Shown here: positions 1 to 13,669 of the stretch, one piece after another
Position numbering within the stretch: the stretch's first letter is position 1
Layout of the letters: each line of letters begins with the position of its first letter
From: Tubulanus polymorphus
Taxonomy: Eukaryota; Animalia; Nemertea
Assembly: GCF_964204645.1 (NCBI RefSeq)
Contig: NC_134033.1
Span: 12,780,655 to 12,844,654, forward strand
Length of the DNA: 64,000 nucleotides
Reading direction: 5' to 3'
Position numbers and translations under genes: made by a program
Notes under the pieces: model-generated
What the model was told of the DNA's origin: nothing
The model's database searches: none
Seen by the model: the letters and a program-made list of their open reading frames with translations, nothing else

Positions 1-43
1 AGAAATACACGAAAAAGGTGCATTTTTACAAATACAATCATTA

Positions 44-1203
44 CCCCTCTGCAATACACGCTTGGTATCGGCCATACCTGCTCTGCGCCTTGGTCGTTCT
101 CACTATTCTCGCTGAACCTCGTTGTCCGGGTCTCAGACGCACTATCTGATGAGCTGGAAGACTTAAAGTATAAGATACTAAAAATATTAAGACTACGCGA
201 CGTTTTGAGATGTTCGTCGACTTTTCCCACGTAGTTGAAACAACATAATGTCTTGTATTCCTGAAGATGCCTATTAGGATATAGTCGAAACGTTGAAATA
301 AACTACTATCTCGAAGTTACATTTTCGGACTTTTTCTTATCATTGTGAGATTCTCACTACATCGTGTCAACACGGATATAGTGTTCTATCAATCGTGGCC
401 ATGATGTTTTATATTAGTAGTACTTTGCACCAGCAACATTTTTACTTATCAACTATGAGAGACTGGTTTTGAAATGATTTACAGTCTTTCTGAAGTCTGT
501 CAAATTGTTTCCCGAATCTGTGCAAAAAGTCGATCTCTTGTGTTTGAAACCCACCTTCCGTCGCCTTCTAAGTACGACACGTTGGCATAGACAATGTATT
601 GTCCGGGATAGCGAATTTGCACCATGTCGGTCCTAACGTCATATCCAAATTTGGTGGACACCTCTTTACGGACAAATTTCCACGGCAACAAAACCCCTAA
701 TGTGACAAAATGAAAAAAGGGTTCAAAATTTACGTTAAATGAACCGAGGGGCTCTTCACGGATGGGGTCTCTACTCGTACATACCGTAGTTGAGCGTTTT
801 CTCACACAATTCCCTGTTTTTACCTATAGCTAAATTACACCTATCCGTATTACCAAATACCCTGAATCCAGATTCCTTGAATAGAAAAATCATATATATC
901 TTATGCGACCGGCCGGGTCAACTTTGAAGCTCAGCCGAAATAAGAAACAAGGTATCAACTTTTTAGCCTAAATGGAATGGCGATGTCTTTGAATATAGGT
1001 CTTGATCGAGCTGTGAGACTTTTGCTAAATTATGTGACGAGTTTAAGGTAACCATCCACTAAATGAACAACCGCATGTACATGTAAAAAAGAAGAACTTA
1101 CGCGAACGTTACGCTTGTGGCGACGTCTTAAATGTGTTGGTGACGGCTGTAAAATTCCCCGTCCCGTTTCCCGCGGCCGCGCCGCCGTTACTGATGGCAA
1201 ACC
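44..1203 (-). CDS. TNF-superfamily ligand (second, partial; 5' exon unidentified, 3' end beyond window)
   Basis: Phase-compatible exons about 1101-1203 (LPSVTAARPRETGRGILQPSPTHLRRRHKRNVR, furin-type RHKR), about 555-823 (VKTGNC...LLPWKFV...VQIRYPGQYIVYANVSY, resembling the TNF-domain G-x-Y-x-x-Y-x-x-V strand) and about 44-153, all with AG/GT boundaries. Possible extra 24-nt exon at 1264-1287 (DFTIRRTKR). Confidence 0.6.
256..300 (+). ncRNA. minimal type I hammerhead ribozyme-like motif (Penelope-associated type)
   Basis: UUC-CUGAAGA-U-[GCCUAU..AUAGUC stem II, one mismatch]-GAAA-CG-UU-GAA, followed by AAUAAA. Confidence 0.5.
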
Positions 1204-2636
1204 TTCAGTGACAGAAAGAAAATATCACATTGTAAAAACGAAAAAATCATCCAAAGCATTCACGTTTAGTTCGTCGTATTGTAAAATCTAGCAGAATATT
1301 ATCAGTATAGAACTCAGTAAACATTGATGAATTTTCCATAGGTTTCCCATATAAGACTCATCTTCAAGAAAAGCGCGATAGACGACAATAAGACAATATG
1401 TCGTAAAGATCGACTAATTGGAATAAACTCAATTTCAGTTTTTGCTGATAATGAATAAATCATGTTTTTTATTCACAAATATAAATATAAATGTATAACG
1501 TATATAAATATACAGTGAGAATAAAATTATATACATTTAAACAGCGCAACGGCTTCCAATATATACATGTATACAAATGTAATCGAACATCTTAATTGCG
1601 TTATCTACATGAACTTATATTCATCAAATCTACGAGAAATGTAAATCACAGTAGACAAATGAGATATTTTTTTTCTTTTTGATAGATTATTTGGTTCATT
1701 CATTTTGATTTGATTTGGATTTTGAACCCCTTACAAACCCACCACACCAGCCAGAAACGGAAAAGGGGGCTTGATTTTAAAATCGGAAATCGAAGGATAA
1801 GTTGTGTAATTAACGGTCGATAATAATTACAGAATTTTCTTTTTAAGAAAAATTCATAATTGTAAATTTCGGTTACGGTTCGTTTGAACAATCTCCCAAC
1901 AGCCTAAAACATTAAGGTTGGGGGTGATTATAACACACAAAGTCCCTATCATATTTCTTTTTTTGACTGCAACGATTTCTCCGACGTTTTAAATCGGTCC
2001 TAAAGAAGGCTTTCGAAAGGCACAACATTCTTTTTCCGGATTCAGATCGCTTCGAAATTGCACGATAAAAGATAGCGATATGTAATTCTTTGAACGGAAA
2101 TGCTATTGGTCTGTTCGTTATCTAGGAATGAATTAAATGCTTTATACATACATCCTATAAGTTTACAACTCGAGGTGAACTGTTTACGATTTATGATTTT
2201 CGGGTTTGTGGCCCGTGGCAGTAATGGGCCACACACGGTATCAGTGATTTTTTTAAATGATATATGACTGCAACGGGGGCCATTTTCAATGATCCGAATA
2301 TCTTTGATGAAAGAATTCGTTTTAAATTCTGTTTTCGGATTTGTATAGCAGGACTCTATAGTCATGGGCGTCCGCAAGGGCCATCTTTAAAATATTGAAA
2401 ATATTTTTCGTATTTCACAAATTTTGCCGTCCGCTCTACTACAGCTTTATAAATCAATTATATAAAAGATGTACGATATACATGGCCTTCGTTGTTAAGT
2501 TATCAAATCTAAAATCCAGTCGATTAATTTGGCCCTTTTAAAGAGAAATTCTACCCTCGAAGAATCCCGAGGACGCCAATGTTAGTGATAATTATTCAAT
2601 CCTACCAAAAATACGATTGCTGAAAGTACGTATATT

Positions 2637-5600
2637 TCAAGGCATTTTCACAAGTCCGCAAAACGTATCGGCGTCTCCTATTGACAATACGGCGTTTTGA
2701 TCGGATACGTTTTTAATCTTGACGACATCTTTTGCCGTGATCTGTATAACAGTGGTGGTAGAACACGTTGAACTGAAAGTCGCATTGTCGGCTGCTGCTC
2801 GCTGCTGCTCCGATGCTGCTGCGATGACGCATACCGATTTACGTTGACAACTGGCGCCTCTGTGAGCGGGCTGTACGCATAATTCGAATTTGGTCCCAAA
2901 ACGCGTTTTTGACGTTATCTGCGAATAAGAAAAGAAATTAAATGAAATATAACATAGACAAGCTACGAGCAATTATCTAAACCTATAGAGCTACGAGCAA
3001 TCATTTCAGAGTTAAAACCTATAACAGACGTTATGGAATTTTTGACCGTCTATGAAGGTACGTATATCATGAACACTTAGCGGGCTTTTCACTCAGGCGA
3101 GTTTGTGTTCAACGTCTCAAATCCCGGCTGATCCAGGCGATCCTGGACTTTCGCGATTTACTGATATTTCTAAATGGGATTAGAATGTCATAAATTGTTT
3201 TTTTTTCAATTATTCGTTTACAACTTGCGCTTGATTTTCCGGTGCTGAAATTGTTCCTATCTAAAAGCAAAGTGGCCTGATCTATGTTTCTGTAGGGATT
3301 ATTTAACCACGTCTGGTCTGGCCCCGCGACTAAACGATCTTAACCCCACGCATAAATCTGATTTTTTGACAAATCCTCGTCGTCAATTCTTTGCTTACCT
3401 GAAAATAAGCCAGGTAAATGCCCGTTTGTTTGATTTGGACGCCGTCGTGAACTTTTCGATAAAGACTGCTGGCGCTCCATGGTTCCTGTTGCCAGTGTTC
3501 CAGCACTGTTAGATGCAAAATAAACAACCGCGCGTTCACAAGTCAAACGACACACAATAAAACAGGCCGACTTATCAATTCTCTTAATGCGCAGTTAGAA
3601 TATTTTTAATATCTTTTTATTAGGAACGACCGTTATTTGTTAACTTTGACTAGTTATCTAAATATATACCACACTACTGTCAAACTGGTTAAGGCTTAGG
3701 CGAACGTGAAAATAGATTGACATCCTGTTTTGGGGGATTATTCTTTCATGTTGATTGAATCGATTTATGAAAGATAAACGAAATCATAATTAGATATTTC
3801 CGATCGATTCGATTGGTCCGCGCTTTCTAGGTATTTCCAGCTAACTGACCAATCAGAGGCTAGTAAATGGAAACAAGTTCAGAAAAAAAAACCCTATGAT
3901 AAAGTCGTGTCCGCGTACACTAACACCCATACACAGAAACTAACCTGCTTTTTTACGTACGGTAATTAAATTCGACCCAGCCACGATCCGTCGATTATAA
4001 TGCATCTTCAACGCGCTCGAAGATCTCAACAAATTCGGCGGAAACTGTCGACGAAAAAAAAAACGATATCAGTACTTACTTCGAGAAAGCAGGGCCGTAC
4101 TTAGCGGGGGGAGGGTTGGCGGCTGTTTTCTCCCGCAAATATTTTCACCAAGTGGCCTTGTTGCAAACAGTTTTGTTACATCCTACAGAAATGCCCTCTC
4201 CGGGTTTCTCAGGCGCCCTTTTTGTCCATCCCCCTTAAATGCTAGTTACGGCCCTGGAATAAGTTACCCTTGGTTCTCTTTACTTAATAAGGATAAAATA
4301 CTCACCGCGACTCTTTCTTGAGATGGTTTGTGCGTGGAAATTGGTGACGTCGACACAGATGTCGATGACGTCAGCGCAGGTGTCGGTGACGTGTGCACAG
4401 GTATCGGTGACGCCAATTCTAAGAAACAAGAGCACCGTATTTACTTAAATGAAAAACTGAAATAAAACCTTCAAAAAATCTAGGCACTAAAGCATCTAAA
4501 TTTCTTTTAAAAAAATTATATGAAAACGAACAAAATATGATCTTGAACATTTAGAGTTTCCTTTTCCTAATCTCGATATATTAACGTAGGGCACCAAAAA
4601 TTAACCCCAATCAGTCGTTTGCCAGTTGATTGGAATATCGTTTACACGAACCAGAACGAAAATTTCAAATTATTTACTTCGATTTAGATAAAAACAACCT
4701 AAACCAACATTTTTTCAAATAACAAAACACTCTAACTGATTCAACGTGGTACTCACTTCTAGGTCTAGGTTTAGGTCTTCTACGTGGGCAGCAGTTCCTC
4801 CCACGTCCACCACGCCTATTCCGCCGACATTTGACACTTTTATTTTTACATCCTTTCCGTCCCCGGCTGCTCCCTAAATCAAAAAATATACAAATCATTC
4901 TAAACCTAAACTTCAGATACTGTTTGAACAGTTTCCAATAGTTTGATTCAAATCAACGAATGAAAGTGATGTTTTTTGTGAGCGCCTAGATCTAACTCTA
5001 AAATCTAACTACTTATTTTGAGATGTCCGCTTTCATTTACAGTAAACCCCGCCTAACTCGGACGAACAGGGATGGGCAAAATCAGTCTTAGGTAAATGGA
5101 ATCCGAGTTAAAGTGCTTCTATCACGGGCGTTTGAAATGGAAAAGCAGGTTAGAAAAATGCTGCTTTTAATTATTGCAGTATTTTCAACATGAAACCTTT
5201 GGAAAGACGGCGGAAAAACTTTTAGAAAGTTATATTGAATTGAATTCAATTTGATGCATGGCACAATTGAAAAAACAAAACTAATATCAGATCGAAATTT
5301 AGACGGAAATCATAAGACGAGAATTGTTTGGAGAAATATTCCGATGAAAACATGACGGAAGACAAGCAAAAATCCTCTAAGGTTTTTGGGAAGTATTCTG
5401 GGTGGAGGAGTCGTACTCCATGTAATCGTAGAGCCACATACCATATGCATTCCGATTGCTCATACATTTAAGAAATATCCGTATTTGGAAAACCGAATGC
5501 ACTACAAAACTTACGAAAAATCTCATTTCATCAACAAGCTTCATTAACAAAATACCGCATATTCCATTCACTTATATCCATGAGATAAGTACGAACTTTA

Positions 5601-8600
5601 GAAACAGTTTCGAATGTGCTTTGGAAACAGTTTCGCGTCGCCATTTTTTGCCACATAAAAATCCAAAACTTGTGAACACCATACTCGCTGAGATACCACC
5701 AGCGTAAGGATTTCTATGAAAGTATAGGAGGTCTATATGGTCCCCCTTTATGCGAGTAACTAAGCTAGGCAAAAAAAGAAACCTAATCCACAGAAAAAAC
5801 CCATCACAATCGAGAAGGAAAACCCACATAACGACATTCGAGAATTAACCAATAAAATCAAGCCGAACTTTAGAAATTTCGCCCACGCTTTTCTTATTCC
5901 CTATTTCTATAACATGAATGTAAATTAAATATTGTCAAATTGTGTTCGAGATGGATAGCTGTTGGATAGCAGACTATACGCATAGATGCGTGAGTGTCAG
6001 TTTTAGATTTTTGAAGGATAAAAGATAATTGATTTAATACACTTTATAGTATTTCATCGTCTAAAAAAAAGATATTTTACAATCTCGCATCTGTCTACAC
6101 CAGTCTGATGGTAGCGTCTAATGAGCATACACGCAACGTCGTGGTGTCGATGAAAATAGTTTTTGGTTACCTTTGCAGAGACGCCCTAATTTCTACAAGC
6201 TATTTTTGCAACGATTCAGCGCGAGAATCTTTAATGGAAAAATACAGCAGATGTATGAGTACCTTTACTTGACTTAACGTAAATTTTATTTGACCATCTC
6301 AAGGCCACGATGTTGATCTTAAAACCTCTGATGAAACGTCGCCATATTAGAAAGCCAAAATATCCCGTCCACTGATGTGTTTTGAAACGTTGCTATATCA
6401 GAAAAGGTAGGAATATTAGCGAAATTTGGGACCGAATATATATGTAATTGTTATTTCTTGTTCTATATTTGGTGTACGTTTGTTGTGCCCCTAGAATGTA
6501 AATCTATGCATTACGGTTCAATAAAGTTATGATTTGATTTGACTTGCTAAAACTCTGAGTAGATGTTTACGATGGTTTTAGATGAATGTATGCTTTGAAG
6601 CGACAGTTTATAGCTTGTATACATGAAAAATGAAAACACGCTCTTAGATAAGGAACGAAAATGTAGAAGATAAACTGAATAGAAGGAAAAACTAGACAAT
6701 ACGGAAAATACCTTTCACTGACAATGTTATATCTCTTCCATTCAGGAATGCCGATGGACAAGATTGTCTAGCCTTTTTTTGAAAATGAATAGACTATTTG
6801 ACTTTTTAACGTACATACTCGTCTGATTTATTCAAGTAAAATGTTCGCTTTCGATTTCTTTTACAAAGAAAATATAAATGAAGAAATCCCACACTTCGAA
6901 TTTTGAAATTATATATACGATCAAATTTATTATAATGAAACCACAACGTCTCGGCTGTTGACTAACAGCCATCGAATTTCATTCCACCTGATGATGGCTG
7001 TTAGTCAACAGCCGAAACGTTGTGGTTTCATTATAATAAATTTGATCGTATAATTTTAGAATTCGAAGTGCGGGATTTCTTCATTTATCTACAGTATACA
7101 CGGATTATAGTGTTTATTCGACAACTTAAGAAAATATAGTTTTACCTTTTGATAACAACTGGTTTATACATCGTTTTAGTTTGCGTTTACATTTCCGATT
7201 TCTTACTGATCGCGCGCCGCCGTCAGATCTCGACCTCCGAATACGCGTTTTCCCCATAGATACAGACGATCCGACCAGTCGATCCAACGATGAGTCCGTT
7301 TCCTATAAACCGATCAATATACAGACCTAAAAATCGTTTTAGTGTAGTAATCCGACATGAGATCGGTTGGTTTCCATTGACAGGTGACTGTTTGATGATA
7401 ATGAAGTAAAAACCTACGATATAATGAAAAAACTAAATGAGAATTAACCGTTTTGACTCTTGATTCTTCGGTCGAAACGTCAAATTCTCTTATAGTTTTT
7501 TCATTACACTGTGGGTCATAAGGTTGGTGTTTCAAAGGGATTTTATACAAAACGAATTATTTCACCTTAGATAAATTCTGAACATTGTCAAAATTCTGAT
7601 ATTGGATTCAGAATTCAAGAAAGCTAGAGATTTGTTTTTTCAGCGATGTTGATGATTATATCGTTCCTAGATCTAACTAACGCGGTGCATTGCGTATTGT
7701 AAATTAGATTAATTCGTAAATTTAGTTAAATTGAATTTCTTGAAAATAATCTGAGCATTAATGTTGTTCTAGAATTTCAAGTAGACATCTATTTGATATC
7801 GTAGCATTTTTATTCTTATTTCATCAAATTCCATATTCAGATACTGCTATAAGATACATTAACATTGGGCGTTACGTATTGATTATTCGGTAAATTAGTG
7901 ACGATTAGAGAAAAGTTCTAAAATTTCAAAAAAATCTATCTAAATTGTAGCATCTTTTACTTCTGATTCATTCTTCATCAAATTTGGAAGATAGAAGATT
8001 TTGAGTATGAACTCTACTCAAACTCATACTTTGGCGCTTTGACTTTATGTGAAAAAGAAAATTTAAGTAAAAAAACTAAATGATGACGACATTATTATTC
8101 ATTTCATGATAATGAACTTTCCTGTCAAAGAATTATTTCAATCTTTTACGACAAAATAATCATGAAAAATACATATCCTACTCAGATGATGGGGGAAAAG
8201 CGCTAAACCAGGTGAACCTAAACCACGCTAAACCACGCTAAATTTTAATCTTTGAAAGGAAAAAATGGTGGTGATAGCCAGAATTTTTCAAAATGTGTAT
8301 AGTTTTATAAACATTTGGGTCGTATGTATAGATCTGCAATTACGGATTTTTGTGGAAATATCAAATCGATGGATCCCGCGTAAATGTATCCATAAGACCA
8401 GGCTCTGATTTGGCGTAATGAATTAGTGTGACCGGAGTAACAAACCATGATTTACCTGAGCGACCGCGGCGAGAAATACTTCATCAGCTGTCATTTGTTC
8501 ATCATCATCGTCAAGTTCTGACGCATCGTCGACCGCAAACTTCGGCTGCAACTCCCGACGACGACCGTACGACAGCGAACTTTCCCGAATCGAAAACCTT

Positions 8601-8818
8601 CGGACGTCGATACTCAGTTGTCCGACTCTGTTCGACAAACATCTGTAGACCGTAAACCAACAGATATTAGTAAAAATCAATCCGACGATTAAAACGCTAA
8701 CTAGCAGTAACCAAGTACTCGTCGACAGCGCCGCCTTGCTAGGATTATTCGCTTTCGAAACCCTGCAACTGCAACATCTAGGATTCGTGTCAACTAGAGT
8801 ATGGCCGGACGGAGACAT
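2637..8818 (-). CDS. TNF-superfamily ligand, type II membrane protein (Eiger/EDA-like architecture)
   Basis: Exons: about 8456-8818 (TM WLLLVSVLIVGLIFTNICWFTVY), 7207-7302 (furin-type RIRR), probable 22-nt 6171-6192, 4757-4873 (basic/Cys-rich), 4306-4418 (S/T/P stalk), 3945-4044, 3399-3505 (W...VQIKQTGIYLAYFQ) and 2637-2918 (ends DTFCGLVKMP*). Phases chain into one ORF; GIYLAYFQI and TFCGLVKM match hallmark TNF homology domain strands. Confidence 0.8.
6874..7088. repeat. long inverted repeat (~100-bp arms) containing a hammerhead motif; probable Penelope-like retroelement remnant
   Basis: 6874-6973 is the near-perfect reverse complement of about 6993-7088, with a short spacer. Confidence 0.85.
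6984..7025 (+). ncRNA. minimal type I hammerhead ribozyme motif
   Basis: CCAC-CUGAUGA-U-GGCUGUU(AGUC)AACAGCC-GAAA-CG-UU-GUGG: stem I CCAC/GUGG, intact core boxes, perfect 7-bp stem II, palindromic ACGU stem III. Confidence 0.65.
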
Positions 8819-9644
8819 GGCGGATGACTCGCAACAGCAGAGAGTGCGCGTCTTAGTTTTCCCGTCACTTATTATTACTGAATTAGATTGTTATGTTATA
8901 TAGTCGTTATAATATCTATTCGCATGCGCGGAATATAGGTCGCGGGTTCCGCGCACCCGGAGTCTGATAGGTTGCCAAATCGTTCGAAGCCCGGGAAAAG
9001 GGTCCTCATTATGAATCGAAATCAACGGCGTCATTCTGTGTACACGATATTTTCTACGTAGTTTTGTTCTAAAAAAATCCTTACGACGTAACGTTGGTCT
9101 ACATTTATACATACGTGCGTTAAACTTATGGTCTTGTTTTTCGACTGTGAGATATTTGTGAGAAACTACTCCGCCGTGTTCTCGTTCACCGATCCGCCCT
9201 GAGAGAGTTGCCACCGATCATCCGTACATACCGTTTATACCGACCAATCGAACTTTCATAATCTGAAATATAATCGGTCGTTAGTATTTATTAAGCATTC
9301 AAGACCCAGTGCCAACCACGTGGTTAGAGTTTACTCTGAGTTGAAATCAGATCAGTTTGTTTCAAACAAACCTCATTGATTTATTCACATCGATCACGAG
9401 TTTGTTCGGAGGATACGACTCTCGTTGTTGGACCAGCGGGTCGGGTATACCCGGTGTCATAGAATGCATACCCTTATTCATGCCCGCTTACAACAACAGA
9501 TCTCCGGGTTGAGGGTTAGGGTTAAGGTCAGCAGCCCCATTATGACTCTCCAATAAATCCGTCAATCTATTGCTGGGGGGCATCTGATATGGAGGGACAT
9601 CTGATCCTATGACAGCGGGTCGGGAAACAGTAATGGAGCGAATA

Positions 9645-9712
9645 AGTGGAATTTGAACCCAAACAACTTCTCCGTTGTGAATGAAACACCCTCCACCGAG
9701 CCACGAAGGGAC
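9645..9712 (-). mobile_element. tRNA-derived SINE-head-like fragment
   Basis: A-box-like TGGCTCGGTGG and B-box-like GGTTCAAATTC at tRNA-like spacing, but no proper cloverleaf. Confidence 0.35.
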
Positions 9713-12700
9713 AAGTTAAATATCTACTCAGAACTGTGGAACTGGCTCCTGGTGGTATTTTCTACATCATTATATTTATTTGGTATCATTTAAGCTATCG
9801 GGTGCAAATTCACGGCCAGTATTGACAGATTCTATTATTTTCCTTTTTTGTGGGTTGTGACGTAGCACCGGTCAAAATCTAGCTAATCGGTGCCTTTAAA
9901 TTCGGTCAGTTGTACTTACGTGTACACCTCAACCTGGTAATTCGTCGTGAGATGCGTCCACACGCGGGAACCCCTCTTCAACTAGGTATCGCCAATTCTA
10001 AGAAATCAAATCTTGATGATGTCATTTTGCGAATTTAGATCACACAGTCGCAATCTATATATAATTGTCTAAAAAACATGTATGTGCAATAAAAATCGCG
10101 AGTGTTTGTCACACGATAATAGGATGAATGGCATTCTCATTAGCGAGCGACAGTGCAAAGATGTCAACATTTCCAGGGCAACTTCGTAGGGCCGTACGAT
10201 GCGAGGGGCAGTTCCCCAGAAATTTTGGAAAAGTGTCCTTTTCGCAAATATGATTGTCACATCCTATAGAACTTTCCCTTTCGGGTTTCTCTGCCCCCCT
10301 CAAAGATATACATAATTCAAATGCTAAGTATGGCCCTGTTACGTCGTTTATTTCATTGATTGCGTGTTACATTCTCATACCGATAAAAAGCCTAAAGTCA
10401 TAACTCACTGGTCTGATAAAATGGCCCGGCGTCAAAAACACGAGCCACAACTTCGACTGTGTATACATTTCTAACGAGACGGTTTAATGTGTTAAAGGTT
10501 TCGATAATCTCCGAATTACGTGTGGTATAAAAATAATGATGTCACAAACGGTAGAAACTACTTGTGTCGACTGAAGTGCTACGTGGGTTTTTAGGGGCCG
10601 TTCCAGAGGTCGACATGTCAACTATATCAGCTGACTCCGATCGATAATGTTTTGAATTGAAATATTTCAATCGTGTTTTATCTATGCATAATTTCGATTT
10701 CAACAAGTGTGACTTTTAATGCGGTTCTCATTCGCTGTGGTCTTGACTTAACCTCATTCACGCCCCACGTGATAGTTTAAAGGGTAGGCCAGGGGCAGAT
10801 CCAGGCGTACTTGTTAGACATCCACGCAAGTTCATCACATTTTTTGAATGCCCTTTTCTATCAACAAAGAGAATCGATGAATTTCACTGCAATTTTGCCA
10901 CTAATATTACCTTCGTAGACACCAAAGTGAACTTATGGGATGTTGTCGAATCCTTCAAAATTGGCGTCTGTATCCGCCCATGTACCCCTTTGAAGTCTGT
11001 TGGTAATGACGGTGCTTCAAGCCCACTTTTTAGAATTTTTGTTTTTAGTAACATTGAATCGACTATGATTGATTTTGAAATTTATGCAAATTGATCGGCC
11101 AATACCTGCATGCACACGTAGTAGTTTCCCTAGTACAGACGCAACTTTACATTTGTGAGGGGTATCACTAGACAAGATAGTGGCCATTTGACCAAAGCCG
11201 AATGTTGATGATATGGCCGAGCGAACTTCGACTTTGTCGTTTGGATTACAAGCGTATCGCACGGCCTTTTCTTTTGCTGACGTCATACCGCCAAGGCAGA
11301 CCCTAGACTTCAGACTGGGTGCACTGAAAATTAGAAAATAATCCAAATTCAACTTCACCTATAAATTCAATAAAATGTTAATGATCCTGAACGGACGATA
11401 ACCAGAATTACAATCATAAATGCGTTTTTCAAATGAATACGAGTGGATCCTAAATTTGGTAAACATTTTCTAGGGTCAGGAAAAAATGGTTTCATTCCAA
11501 ATGATCCAAACTATAATCGTGAAAGAAAAACAGACAGGAATTGTATGCGATTATTTTTCTTAAAAGAAAGGGATCGTCTGCAGGTCATAATATGTCAACA
11601 AAAGCCTGAACAATTTGATTATTTTCGTCTAGTCCGATTTGATAATATGACGATTGAAGTGAATTAACGAAGGGAAATTCCCTTCAGTCGCGCTGGCCAA
11701 TCAGCGCTCTCGTCCCAGGCACCGCTAGCCGAAAACCGCCATAATCACGATTTGACATTCCATTTAAACTATATAACCAGTCCTCGTAAACAATCAACCT
11801 GTTTTCTATCGGTCGTGAAATCTTTTCTGGCCTGGGAGGAATCTTATCGCACAAATCAATGCGCATAAAACCTTCAAGAACCCTTCACTTTTCTCACCCT
11901 TTTCGACTTAACCAGTAGAACCGATAGGATCTGTCGCGTCGACTAGTGGATGGATGTCACATCGATCACTAACGAATCTTTCTTCTGCCATTGCTGTGAA
12001 AATGACAAAAAATTTCAAATATTTATCTTCAAATATTTCATTTTTAGCACACATATTTTCATTTCGGAGATTGGGCGTTGTCTTTCGTTGTCAATGTTTT
12101 TTTCTTTTCAGCTTGCTTCGTAAAGAAAGCGTATACGGTGGTGTAATTCATTTCCGTTAAGATTTTTTTTTCAAATACATTCGACGACCGATTGACACGA
12201 AAAAAAGTGTCGTCTGGCAAATCGGTTCGTTCGCTCCGGGTACCGATCAGAAACTAGGTCACGATTTCGCGGAAATCGAAATTCGCCGTATTGAACAATC
12301 ATTCAGGCATTCGGTAAAAATACGACGTATTATCCATAAATAAACATCTAGTCTAATTTTCTGGCGTGAAAAAAAAAAACGATGTCACTGATTTTTACCA
12401 CACGCAAGGTCACCCTCTAATCTAAGTTGATGTATAAACATAACATGCTTACTGTTAATGTTAGTATTTACTGTAAGTTTTAAATGCGCATAATAGGTAG
12501 ATTTTTCATTGTATGTTACGTAACATAATCTTCGTTTTTCCGTTAGTAGTGTTAAGCGTTTTGCATACCATACAAATGCATATAATCTATCTCTTCGACT
12601 TGTTCAAAGAAAAAGCGTCAGCAAATTCGGAGCATCGTCCCATTTCGAATCTCTTCGATTCAACGCTCTTTAAAATCGATTATTTTCAAAATTATTTTTG

Positions 12701-13381
12701 CTACGTAGGCAATTTCATTGACGCAATTTCGTAATCTCTCTAAGTGGATTTAGAAAAAAAATGAATGAATAGAACAGTGAACCGTCTTTAACAAACAGCG
12801 ACCGCACAATAAGATTTTTTTTTGAAATAATCAAATTCATATTTTCGTCATGAGACATGCATGATATCTTTAAAACCTGGCTTCCACTTCCTAACCCGCA
12901 CACATATCTCATTGCTTACTTCGGTGGTTATTTCATACGACAAACACTTTCTCGTACGCCATCTGTTATTTAAAACCGACAAAATTTTTTGATTAAAAAC
13001 CAAGCCGCGTGTATTAATTTCAACGTCGTCATTTGAAAAAGGATAAATTCAATCTCGATGCTGAATGCTTGCATTGTATACATTATTTTTAACAAAACTG
13101 CCGAGCAAGAAAAATCTTAGGAAACATTTACAATCTACGCGGAATAGATACTTTCCTTATGCATCCGTGATACGGGTGAAGGTCAGGTAGTTCAACAGGC
13201 GAAGACTTCATCATCCGACTGGAACAGGTAAATATAACGACATCGTGTTGTCATAGTGATTTGGAAAAGAACGAAACATCTGAATTTTGTCTGGGAAAAT
13301 AGTCGAATTAACCCACACTGTTACGCTCCAAAATCTTCACCGGTGTATCGGGGTTGATTGTACAAGATTTCTGTTCACACC

Positions 13382-13669
<288 letters not shown>

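Noticed and set aside
6328-6345. CTGATGAAAC hammerhead-like core
   Set aside because: No stem II between the boxes and no stem I.
7146-7158. Alternative 13-nt phase 0-to-1 microexon for the TNF ligand
   Set aside because: Would need a 48-nt intron and has a poor acceptor; 6171-6192 fits better.
9506-9528. Telomere-like GGGTTA repeats
   Set aside because: Only about three degenerate units.
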